Positions 51,987-64,000 of a DNA stretch of 64,000 nucleotides are shown piece by piece. Location: positions 1 through 64,000 of the forward strand of contig JAHLTZ010000032.1 in NCBI GenBank assembly GCA_025786725.1. Reading direction: 5' to 3'. Below the pieces are notes generated by a model that was not told where the DNA came from, searched no databases, and was given only the letters and a program-made list of their open reading frames with translations. The stretch's first letter is position 1; each line of letters starts with the position of its first letter. Both the position numbers and the translations under genes were made by a program. The DNA comes from Syncephalis fuscata S228. Its lineage: Eukaryota > Fungi > Zoopagomycota.

Positions 51987-52404
51987 ATCGTAAAAGTAGG
52001 TAAGATTTAATTGGCAAAACAAAAAGAAGAGGCGAGGATGAGAGAGCAAACAAATAGCTGGATGCAACATATAGCCGGGATGTTACCTTTTTTATTCAAC
52101 GGTTAATTATCGGACCGGCAAAAAACTAAAGCAATATATCCATTTTTGGTAAAACAGGTTGGCCACTTTTTTCTATTTTAAACCAAACGCGCAAAGAAAA
52201 ATGACAATATGTGGCATTTGAACTTGGTTTGATTACCATGTGAAGCAGTGTGTAATTAAATGAAACAAAATATATTAATAAAACATCATTCCATCTTGGC
52301 TTGTTAAAGACGTTGCCAACGACGGCACAATATGTTAATGTTTGCAAGAAGTATTTTTATTTAATGAATAGCAAAAATAACACAAAATGATACTGTAATA
52401 TAAA

Positions 52405-54403
52405 TCAAGCGTCTAACTCCTGCATTGCAGGTAGTTTTAAGTCGCTTTCTAGAGTGGCTTCTAAATTCTTAGAAGGGGATACAAACGCGGCCGATATCAT
52501 CGATATTGCTGATGCAGGGATCAATAGCATAAACAAATTTCGAAAACCCGTCAAGTAGAGCTGCCTTGTTTCTTCGGAAATGTTTGCAAAATCCACTTTG
52601 GTTATATTATTATCTATTGAAATACCCCCTACAGAACTGTTAAGCACGGCACCCATAGCGGCAATACCAAATACGCCGCCAACAATGCGGAAGAAAGTAA
52701 CCAGACCGGTTGCTGTTGCCATATCTTTGAAACAAACAATAGTTCATTAGTAAGCTGAAACAATGTCACGTTATTGCACAGTACCTTTACGCTCGGCAAA
52801 TATCTGAGCAGCGTACATTGATGTTTGAATACTGCAGCCAACTCCAATTCCAGCCACGGTTGTTGTCGTCATTTCCAAAGCAAGCGAATCAATACCACTT
52901 TTGCCTATAAGCTGTAAAAGGGCACAGGACACAAGTAGCATTATCATACCAACTGTCATGCTTATACGGAACCTCCATGGATGAGTCATTCGAGCTGTCA
53001 TGGTAGTAGTGATAAAGGACGACACTGCCACAGTAAGAATTAAAGGAATAAGTGTAAGACCAGATTTGGTAGCCGAGTAGTTTCGAACAATCTAAAAAGC
53101 AAACGACAAATTAATACTTAATCCATTTAAGTAAACCAACAATTACTAACCTGATAATACATGGGGAAGTAGTAGATAAGTCCAAAGAATACCCATCCCA
53201 TAGCAAAAACGCTAATAAAAATGGCTAAGATTCCTGGCTGTCTGAACAGGCTGCCAGTAATCAGTGGCTTCTTCTTTCCGTATTTCTCACAGCCCCAGCC
53301 TTCCCACCAAATGGTAGCACCTAGGATGAGTGCGCCAGCGCAATAAAGCGAAATAATTAGTGGATGATTCCAAGCATATTCCTGGCCGCCCCATGATGTT
53401 GGCAAAAGTAAAGTAGTATTGGTGGCAATAATCAAAAATGATCCTAGCCAATCAATACGGCGTAGTTTCGTTTTTGAAGAACCAGGTACAGGTGGTAAAT
53501 GAAGCGCAAATATAATGACCAGAATGGTAATGGCACCAACAGGTAAATTAATATAAAACTATTATGTAATGATTTAAATTATTAACACGTTAATATAGTT
53601 TTACAAATCAACTTACCGCCCAGCGCCAAGTAAGATGGTCGGTAAATAAACCACCGACTAGTGGTCCAACAATGCTGGCGAATGCAAAAATAGCACCAAC
53701 AGCACCTTGAAATTGACCGCAACGTTTTGGGGGGACAATGTCTACAAATTATGCTAATTAGCTGACTAAATTAAGGAAAGAACAGTTTTCACTTACCAGT
53801 AAGAATGACCATAGATAGCGCAAGTAAGCCGGCACCGCCAATGCCTGAGATGGCACGAAAGATAATTAACGATGTCATGGACCAGGCAAGGCCGCAGCCC
53901 AACGAGCCTAGCACAAAAAGAACAATCGCAAGCAAGATCATAATACGTCGTCCAAAGATATCAGAAAATCGACCATAAAGGGGCTGGCATACCGTGCTGG
54001 TGAGTAAATAGGATGTACCCACCCACGATATTTGCTCGAACCCATTCAAGTCTGAAGCGATTTTTGGCAATGCCGTTGCTACAATTGTCTCATCTAAGGC
54101 CGATAGTAAAATGGCGAGTGAAAGTCTATTGCCAAATAATAGTCGGTTAGCTTTTTCTGTCGAAATACTCTATTTAATACACCTACCCATAAGTACTAGG
54201 TAGAGTTCACGTGGTGGGAGCTCACGTTGTTGATTTGCCGTTTCTACCGACAATGTTCGATGAAGACTGGTTGGTGTGAATTCCGACGGTTCTGTCTCAT
54301 CAAATGCAGTCGTATGCGATTGCACAGAACGTACGGATTGCATGTAAGATGGCGCAGCTATGCTTGTATCCTTGTTTGATGGTGGTACGTGGATTTCGCT
54401 CAT
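52405..54403 (-). CDS. MFS drug:H+ antiporter (DHA2/14-TM type), copy 2 (tandem paralog)
   Basis: LDETIVATALPKIASD, QPLYGRFSDIFGRR, FRAISGIGGAG, WGGQEYAWNH, FFRIVGGVFGIA. Confidence 0.9.
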
Positions 54404-55329
54404 GTTGCTCGATAGGTTAAGTTCGTGAATTAAGATAGTAAATTTATTTGAAGCATAGGGGCGTTAAGGACATAAGGAGGTTTTTAAATAATGGCGGCTA
54501 CAACGCTAAAGAGAAATAAGGGGTCTGAGTTTTATAAGGGCACCAATAATAAAAAGGCGTAATGGCGGAGTAATCAATATAGCAATTCAAGGCTGTGCTT
54601 ATAGTGATAAGGCAACTTGAACACGGTCAGCATGTAGTCGCAGTCACATCTAAAATACATCCTTGGCACTCATTTATTTGGACTGTTGTTGTGTTTCAAT
54701 TAATAAAACCACGTTTAACATAATACACTAATTTCCTTTTCTTGTTTTAGAACCTCGTGAACATTTCTATTGTTTTCATTTCAGCAACCTTGCAATATTC
54801 ATCGATTCTCTTACTATCTCTAATTTCCCATGGCCTTATCAAAACTTAACAAATAACCATTCGTTTTACAGTGTTGAAGATAAACTGGCATAGTATTTGT
54901 AACATTAGTCAAAAATAATAACTGTAAGGAAGTAATTATACTATTACTTTCCCGCGGTTACGTAATTCAATCTCCACAAAGTTTATATTGTTGTACAAAT
55001 TCATTATAATAAAAAAACCACCTTTTCCATTACACATTGCATTACAGTTATTACATTGGTAAAAACGATAATTTATTATCACATTGCGTATATTGAATCT
55101 TATATCGCGTTTGCTACATTAACTATTTTTGCGCTTGCCGTTCAATGCTTTCAGTTTAATCTGTTATCGCGCCACTTCAAACTGATTGTTGCTGTTTCAA
55201 AAATTACAGTTACACAATATACACAAAAATCTATTTTATTCTCATAATAAATTCTCGTTTACTGCTGACGCGTACCAAACAGTTTATCGGCGATTCTATT
55301 TTTTTGTAAAACACTAGTGTAACCTGGTG

Positions 55330-56400
55330 ATGGTGCATGGGAATTGGGTAGATTTGCGGAGAAACAAAAAAGAATAATGGCGTTCCAACAAACAACCACT
55401 TGGGCCCGCAGCAATTTGGTATCAATCAGTACGCAATGGTACTACACCACATATTACTTGAGAACGGCTGAATCTGGATTCTGGAACATTTTAGCGGTAA
55501 TTGTTTAGCGGCCATTGCACGCTTAGCTCACACGATTACGTTGGACAGAAGATAAAGAAATTGAAGAATATATTACTAGTCTCACAGTGTTACGCAGTCG
55601 AATCCCAGACGTCGTTGACATGGAATAGCCATGGCTTCTCGACTTAAATTGCCCTCTGAGTAACTGACCGATTCAATCCGCAATATACCCACCAATATCA
55701 GCGGAGCTTATATTTCCACACGTGCTTTCTGTTACCCAAAAAAACACGGATTACAACACTTGGCGCAAACACTAACTAAATTCAATAACAAATCAACTCC
55801 GATGGATTTAGACACAACAATGCAAGCTCTAAACAGTTTGGGTTTTACTAATAATCGCAACAATAACAACAATAACAACCAACAGCAAACCAATGGTTTA
55901 GATTTACAGCTAGCAATTGTCAACATCCAAGCAAACAACAACATAATCCAGGGAAACGACAACCGTCAGTAATTGAACGTGACACACTTACTGACCGCTA
56001 GTTTGCCACCAATACATTGATACCATCCGGATTTGAGCAACCTACACTCATTCAAGGCCACACTAGTTCCGGATTAATTACAGTATCGCCTAGAATCAAT
56101 GATGTTTCGGCTCATTTATTAGTCGATTCTAATACATCCACCAACCTTATAAATATTGAGTTTGCCAAGAAAGCACGAGTACATGTCACGAAGCAAGCAA
56201 ATTCAACAAATATGAAGTTGAGAAATGGTATGGAGTGCAATGTACCTAGTATTGAAAATAAGGTGTACTATTTTCAAATATTTGAAAGAGCAAACCAATT
56301 TTACTATTATAAAATTAAACAATTATAATGCAGTATTAAATATGCCATGATTGAGAAAGCACAAAGCAAGAATAGATTGGAACACTAATTATCAATACTA
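55330..56400 (+). mobile_element. Degenerate Ty3/gypsy LTR-retrotransposon gag-protease remnant
   Basis: Gag-like AAIWYQS...T*ERL, PMDLD motif, aspartic-protease-like HLLVDSNTSTNLINIEFAKK and LNMP*LRKHKARIDWNT (cf. LGMPWL..HNP.IDW); multiple stops and frameshifts. Confidence 0.8.
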
Positions 56401-57304
56401 GTTGTAATATAACATCCAATCTTAGATTAGAAACACTGATAGTTTACAGTCTTTATTCATGTCAATAGAAGAAGTAGAGCAAACAGAGGCCAATGATATG
56501 CTTTTATTGGCAATGCAGCTCATCTAAAGAAATTGTACTACTAATTAAATCGATGTTCTACTATTGATAATATAATCTTTGATGACAATAATTTTTTCAA
56601 AAGATAATAGCGTATTTATATGGTGTTATTAAATAAAATAAAGAATTTTCAATATCTATAATTACTTATACACACCATGGGGTATTAAATGTATCCAGCC
56701 TTTGTCTTTAAACATTTATGAATGTCATGCTTTTGATGGTGCACAGTCAGTAAATATATACCAATTGGTTCCTTTGCCTTCCATTGAGAGATGTTTTCAT
56801 GGTTTTGAATAAAAGATGCGTTTTATAACTATGCACCGACCATTGTATGCTCATTGTGTCCATTTTTCACGCCGTTTTAATACATCATTTGGGTCATTTA
56901 ATTTATATTACAATGTTATCATACGTGCCATTATTTTTTATTATTAATAAAGGCCGTTTATCTATTGCTATGATGCTATTTGTGGGTTTTAACTTGATTC
57001 ACTTACACATGTATATAGTGTATTCTACTTGATTATTCGTCTATATTCATATCATTTCATATTCTAGCCAAGTAAGAAAAGAAAAACTTGTGGAATAGGA
57101 GCTATTAAGTATAATAATAATAATAATAATAATAATAGTTTTATTAAATAATGACGGTAAAAATAATATCACTTTAAATTTGTAACAATGGATTCGTGTT
57201 GCACGCACATCAATGTCATGACTTTAATCAATGATAATTTATTGCAAGTATACCAGTGTGTAGTAATTTTTATAATTAAAGGAATTAGCGAAGATGCTCC
57301 AGCT

Positions 57305-60300
57305 TTATCGTCGTTTACCCTTGGCCGGTTTTGAATGGCGACCGGTTTTTGCTCGACGGCGTTCCTTAACTTCACGCGCCTTTCGAATCTGGTCGGCGTT
57401 TTTAAGTTCGCTCTTGACCACAGGTTTTGATTTATTGGCTCGATTACCACCGCCATGACCACCTCCACTATTGGAAGCACCAGATGTCTCTCCTGCCTTC
57501 TCGTTCTCTGCTTGCTTCTTGAACTTCTTTTGCTTGCGTTCATAGGCCACATGGAAACGATCCACCTCTTTTGGTGCATCGGTCTTGTTATGACGATAAC
57601 GTTTGCGGTTTATCTTGCCCGTAGAAAGTTCTTGCTCACCCGCACGTGGAATATTAATCTTAGTCTTCTCCTGCCAATCTGTATAACTGTAGTAATCTGT
57701 TAGCGTTTATTCTAATGATAATCATTTACTTACCGGCCACTTTTGTAGGTTGCTGAAATTAAAGCACCACTTTCCGTGCGCACCATTTTCTTATTATCTG
57801 AGCCAACACCAGTACCCTGAACAAACTTCTTCTTCTTAGCATCCCAGCGTAACTTGCCACGTTTATTCTTCATCTCATCGGTATCTTCACCGGTAAAATC
57901 TAATACAGCACCACGAGCCTGTTCCATAAACGAGCCTGACTGAGTCATGGAATAGCCACGCTCCGTGTTGGCATCTTTTTGATAGTGCGACATGTAAAAC
58001 TCTTCATCACGTGCAGTTCTTGATTTTTTCTTATTGGCTGGTTTACACATTATATAATTAGCTTTAATAAACAAATTGTCAAATAATTACCTTTAGTCGA
58101 AGCAGTCGAAGCTATTTTAAATGTTTCCTATATACGCTCAATTAGATATTGCTTTATATTACTATCTTGCCTAGTTACTCACCCGTAGCATAGTCTCATC
58201 AGCTTGTTCACTACTACCAGCAGGTAATTTAGCACTGGCCGTGTTGGCTTCTTCGGCAAATTCAGCTATCGATTCAGCTGCTGCCTTTTTTGCTTTTATG
58301 GCTTCAATTTTGGCATCAACTACAGTTCGGCGCTGACGTACAATTAATGCTGCTTCACTGGCCTTACGAGTACCACGACTACCAATTTCAAAAATCGTCT
58401 ATAATAAAAATTAATTACAAATGATTACTCATCAATTGATCATATATACCTCAGCAGGACGGAAACTAGCAATTGCCGCAACTAAATCGGCTCGTTCGTT
58501 TTCTAGTTGGCCACCAACCTTATCGGCTATTATTATAACATACCTTATTAGTTATTCAAACAAATATTCTTTCTATTTACTTACCGAGCAATCTATGTGT
58601 TTCTGAGTAAGCCGCATCGGATATCAGCTCCTTTGCACGTTTATAACTCTCGGCTGCCGCACGCGATCGACTTTTATAGAACATGCGATAGGCATTTTGC
58701 ATAACACCATACATATCATTTATCTCCGTGTTATCCCGTAATTGTCGACGGGTCCATTCAACGTCATCTTCAAGTAGTGTGCGCGGTAATGTACCTAGTA
58801 CAATCTCACCCGAATAATCCGGCGCAGATGTTGCTGATTTGCCTAATTTAAGAGGACGAGCAAGGAAAAGATGTAGATCGACAAGGAATGGTAGCTACAA
58901 TACAGTGTAAGTATATATATATATGTGTATGTATGTATGTATGTATGTATGTATGTATGTATGTATGTATGTATGGTCAGTTCATTCACGTAGTAGACTT
59001 ACTTCATCAGGAGCAATAAGTGAATAGGCCCAGCCTCGTCGACCAGCTCGTGCTGCACGACCCACCCGATGCACAAACACTTTACTACCATCGACAAAGT
59101 CGTAGTTGATTACATTCTCCAAGATGGGAATATCAATACCACGAGCAGCTACATCTGTCACAACCAATAGACTGGTAAAACCACGTCGGAACTGTTCAAT
59201 ATGTTGTCGTCGTGCCACTTGGTCCAATGATCCATAAATATAAGAGAGCGCATAACCCGCCTTGGTCAATAGATTGGCCACATATTCAACATGATGCTTC
59301 GTAGCAACAAATATAATCGTTTGCTTATCGGCTTTACCTCTGCCTGATGGCATATAAATCTCGTCGTCATCGTCATCATCGTCGCCACCATCATCTCCAT
59401 TCTTATTTTTGCGCTTTCGTTTTACATTCTTCTTCTTCGTCTTCTGTCCTTCCAATGCTGTATTAGTAATTTTGGGTACCTTAATAACATCACGTAATAA
59501 ATATAATAATGCTCCGTCCTTTTCCTCTTGTTTTAATGCAAAGAACGCCATCTAATAACTGAATCAGTTCGCTGTATATACTATTTCAATAAAACTGTAC
59601 CTCAAGATCGGCACTAATTTTGGTATCAGCATCTAGACGAACCAATGTAGGATCTTGTAGACCTGCTTTAGCAAAGTCTACCAATATTTTAGGTAAAGTG
59701 GCAGAGAAAAGCAACGTTTGTCTCGATGACGGTAACCGATGTAGAATTTCATGTAGCTGGACTGAGAAGCCCATTTCAAATAGGCTATAATAACGCCAGT
59801 ATTAATTGATCTCTATCGTGTTGAATAGATAATAGCCACTTACCGATCTGCTTCATCAAATACAATATACTCGACGGTCTTTAATTCCAATTCCATTTCA
59901 ACAATCAAATGCAATAATCGACCCGGTGTAGCAATAAGACTATTATTATACATTTAATTAGCTGCTTAAATTAAATGGCAACAACTATGACTTACATATC
60001 AGGATTACTAGCAATCGATCGGAATTGGTCCTCCAAACTGTCACCACCCACAATGACACAACTACGCAAATCAGTAAATCGAGCCAAATCTTTAGCTGCC
60101 TTTTGAGTTTGCATGGCCAATTCACGACTAGGAGATAGTACAATAGCCCGTGCACCAACCTAATACATATATCTTAAATTACACCGCTATTATAACTAAA
60201 TGGATCGTTTTACTTACCTTGGCCGAATGTCCTTTTAATTTCTCCAACATTGGAATAAGGAATGCTGCTGTCTTACCCGAACCGGTTCGTGCCATACCAA

Positions 60301-60928
60301 CAACATCATTGCCATCCATTACGAGTGGAATACATTTACGTTGAATGGGTGTGGGTACTTTGTAGCCTTTCTTTAACACAGCATTAAATACTGGCTTACT
60401 TAATCCTAAATAATCATTAATATTAACAAATGGCCTATCTATTCTACTTGGTTACTTACCCATCGATTGAAAACCACCGGATTTCTTCTTCTTTTTATTA
60501 TTAGACATAATCTGTTGGTTAATAAAGTCTGCATCGTCATCATCGTCATCATCGTCATTATTACTATTATCAAATCCATCGTCTATATTGTTACTATTGC
60601 GCTTTTCATCTTTCTTTGATTTCCGGCCATTGGCTGGTACAGGAATGAGCGCATTTGAAACATCCATATCAGTGTCTGAATCCTCGTCTACACTATGCAT
60701 AGCATCGCTCATATCAATATCTGAAAAGCTCATGCCATCGTTGCTATTATTGCCGCTAATATCTTTCAAATCTGAAAAACTATCGTCTGAATCCGACTCT
60801 ATAGCTGGTGTATCACGACGACGCGGCTGAACCTGCTCAACGGCAGTCCCTTCTGACACATCTGAGCCATCTAGTTCAATCTCTTCTTTCGTCATTGGTC
60901 GCTTTCTTCTTTGTGTTTTACGCGCCAT
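57305..60928 (-). CDS. DBP10: ATP-dependent DEAD-box RNA helicase Dbp10 (DDX54), multi-exon
   Basis: [61 protein letters not shown] and C-terminal WDAKKKKFV...TESG...[13 protein letters not shown]. Confidence 0.95.
58927..58974. repeat. (GTAT)12 microsatellite within a DBP10 intron
   Basis: Seen directly. Confidence 0.95.
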
Positions 60929-61278
60929 CGTTGCAATCGAACAAAAGTAGAAATGTGTTGAAAAAAAAAGCAAAAAAAAGCAAAATCTATATTAAGTCCA
61001 AGTGGGTAGATATTAACAATTATTTTATTATTATAATAGACTGTTGGTTTCGGTTTCTTAGTATACCGATCCAGATGTTATCGTGGCAAATAGGCAGATT
61101 GATTCGGTTGTCTTTGCATCCGTATCTCGTTGCATTCGCTCTTTCCCAGTAGTATTAGTAGTCCTCGTCGTAGCACATACGGCTTTTTTTTTGGCTTAAA
61201 CTCCATTGCTATTGCTACCACTGCCATTATCTGCCATTATTTGACTATTAAATAATATATAGCCACTTGTTTACCACC

Positions 61279-62364
61279 ATGTCAAAGGTAACACTATCAC
61301 CTTTTGGAAATGCTGTAGCCGGGGCCGGTGGCGCAATAGTTTCGCTTATGTGTGTCTATCCGTTGGATATGTAAGTGGACGAATATACTATTCATCTCGT
61401 TACTAGCGCAACAAGACGCGCTTAATCTATGTAATACTAATTTATTTATGGCTGTCAGTGTTAAGACTAAGCTACAGGTACAATCGTCGACCAGTGTAGT
61501 TAAATACACGTCGACCACGAATGCTATTAAACGTATTATATCCGAAGAAGGTTTAAAAGGTTTGTATGCTGGTCTGCCTGCTGGTTTGCTAGGTGTTGCA
61601 TCGACCAACTTTGCCTATTTCTACTGGTACAGCACGCTGCGTGGCAACTATCGTCGCCTGGTCAGTAAAGAGATCAATACGGCATGGGAATTGTTGCTAG
61701 GCGCTGGTGCTGGTGCACTTGCTCAGCTATTTACAATCCCCGTGTCGGTTGTAGTAACACGTCAACAAACGCAGCAGAAGAAAGATCGTAAAAGCTTTGC
61801 AGGTACTTGGTGGGAAATTGTCGATGAAGATGGCTGGACGGGTCTTTGGCGCGGTCTACGTCCGTCGCTTGTTCTGGTGGTAAATCCTTCAATCACGTAT
61901 GGTGCGTTTGAAAAGCTTAAAGATGCCTGGTTGCATCGAGTGCATCGTTCGCAGCTTTCCAGTCTTGAGGTATTTATCATTAGTGCGCTGGCCAAATCGA
62001 TTGCCACTGTCGTGACCTATCCATATATTATGGCCAAGGTACGTATGCAATGGAAGCCGTCACGAGAAGAACGCGCTACTGGTCGGGCAGTGCGCTATCG
62101 CAGTGCCATCCATGTATTAAAGAAAATCTACGCAACGGATGGACTTCGCGGCTGGTACAATGTGAGTCAATTGCTATATTTGCTCATATTACCAAATAAC
62201 TAATAATAATAATAATAATAATGCTTATTGATAAATGATAGGGAATGCAAGCGCAAATTAGCAAGGCTGTATTATCCCAAGCGTTGATGATGATGATTAA
62301 GGAGAAGCTAACACTGTATACCATACTTCTTTTTGCGCTATTTCGACGTGGTAACACGGCATAA
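61279..62364 (+). CDS. ANT1: Peroxisomal adenine nucleotide carrier (mitochondrial carrier family, Ant1/PMP34-like), 3 exons
   Basis: Three carrier repeats (YPLDIVKTKLQ, IPVSVVVTRQQ, YPYIMAKVRMQ), ASTNFAYFYWYS, LVLVVNPSITYG, AQISKAVLSQAL. Confidence 0.88.
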
Positions 62365-62516
62365 ATATCTTGATGAATATAATAAATGTCTTGTAGACTG
62401 CAAATCTATTGATAAAAGTGTTTTTATTTTACAAAAGCTAATATTGCTGTTATTATTATTTCAAAGTGCGCATTTTTTCCATTCGTTTGGTAGCATTGTT
62501 TGTTGCAACAGTAATC

Positions 62517-64000
62517 ATGTCTTCTGACGACGCTTTACCGAAATCACCGGCTCAGAATGCTTCGCCTACGTCAGAAGAAGGCACTAGTCCGCTGTAAGTA
62601 GACGACCTGAATTATCAGGTGCAATACTGACTGACATTCAGTTTAGATGTAGTTAATGTACTGCAGCAAAGCGTTGTTGGCGTGCAAAGCTCATTCTCGC
62701 AAGTTTATTCGGTAGAGTGGAAGACAAGTTCAAGACGGCCTTTTAGAATATACTAATATTGGCATGGTTGATTCATTGTATAGACACTTGCTATGAGTTT
62801 GAAACAAAGCGCTGAGATGGCTCAGTCAATGAATTCTGTAATGGAGCAGTTTATGCAATCTAACTTGAAAATACGCAAGTAAATCAAATACAATAGTATA
62901 CAGAGTAGTTGGCAATGGGCTTACTGCTAGTAATATAGATACCAATGTACTGCCTAGGAAACAAGAAATGCATGGGGCACGACTAGTTATAACCATTGTT
63001 AATACAGGCACATTTCCTATTCCAAATCTTTCGCTTTCTTTAAAATTTAAACGTCGTGGTGAAAGTGAGGTAAATAGCGGTAAATAGGCTATTATGGTGA
63101 TTAATTAAACGTGTTGTGCTTTAGTTATTGGATTCTATTGTCGTATCACGTCCAACAATCGATCAAGATTCATCATAGTAGGTATATGTTGTGTTGCTTG
63201 GTTCATTTGATTGATAGATGTAACTATTTAGTAAACCATTTATCTGTTTGGCTAATGAGCCGGTAGAGCCATTTACACTTGTACCGCAACAGAAATTGAC
63301 CGATACAGTTGAGTTGGTGCCTGATCACCTATATCAAGTAGGCAGTAATTTGTTGAGTGATTCCTACATATTGATGTGTGTGTGTATTTATAGCTTAACG
63401 GTATTATCACGGCAACTTTTCCATCTCCAGGTAGTGGTCGTATACTTGAAGTGCAACAAATAACGGGCGTATATCTAGTAGATCAGGTAAATTGAAAAGT
63501 GAATGTAGTTTATTTCTAATTAGACATTAGATGCAAACACGATATCCATTTAATCAAGTAGAAGTAGATTCTAATGCACATGAGGAGCATAGTCGAGATG
63601 TGACACTGCCACTAGAAACATTGCGCAGTCTATTAAATATTCGGCCTTGTGATGGCATTGATAAACAGACCAAGTTTGCATTTACAGTAAGTAGCATGTT
63701 ATTGATTGATGACAATATATTAATCTCTGTAGACAACATTTAATACCAATAATAACATTGGTATTTGTGGACAAGTGGAGGAAATTACAACTGACGGCTA
63801 CAAAGCCAAGTGTAAATTGGCATGGATGATGAATGAAACGGCCACTAGCAATGAATTTGAGCTTATTGATCGAATCGTTGAAGAGTTTGATATGATTCGC
63901 AATAGCCGACATTTATAAAAATAAACTGATAACAATTACAAATACTATATTTATTGTAAAAGTTGTCGAATGTCAGATTTACTTTTATTCTGCCATTTCT
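62517..64000 (+). CDS. Hypothetical many-exon protein, probably running off the window end
   Basis: MSSDDALPKSP...|DVVNVLQQSVVGVQSSFSQVYS|TLAMSLKQSAEMAQSMNSVMEQF..., short exons separated by canonical ~50-70-nt introns; product not recognised. Confidence 0.55.

Noticed and set aside
55417-55424. Retrotransposon primer-binding site TGGTATCA
   Set aside because: It falls inside the gag-like reading AAIWYQS, and no adjacent LTR was identified.

Overview
AT-rich eukaryotic genomic DNA with many short (about 50-80 nt) GT-AG introns. The gene content points to an early-diverging fungus, possibly a Zoopagomycota/Syncephalis-like parasite (inference). Recognisable genes: tRNA-Pro(AGG), STEEP1/CXorf56-like, RPS8, RPA43, a stathmin-like gene, two convergent penta-EF-hand (PEF1/ALG-2-like) paralogs, a multi-TM receptor-like gene, neurochondrin, SRP68, a PH-domain protein, FAM72-like, CTF8, a CAP/PR-1 protein, cytosolic LeuRS, two DHA2-type MFS transporters, DBP10 and a peroxisomal ANT1/PMP34-type carrier. 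There are also decayed MULE-like and Ty3/gypsy remnants. The most striking signal is at 3.7-5.2 kb. A signal-peptide exon is followed by a tandem array of ~83-bp units, each of which reads as a complete intron (GTAAGT...YAG) plus a 3-nt, occasionally 6-nt, micro-exon. All intact exons are phase-symmetric and splice into a stop-free prepropeptide with a KR site, which makes this a candidate micro-exon system for diversifying a secreted peptide. A second notable region (30.6-47.4 kb) holds ~500-bp inverted repeats that split the CTF8/LeuRS divergent promoter, and an inverted duplicate of a 4-Cys secreted peptide gene that appears homogenised by gene conversion. Four single-base frameshifts in otherwise intact genes suggest indel errors in the assembly.
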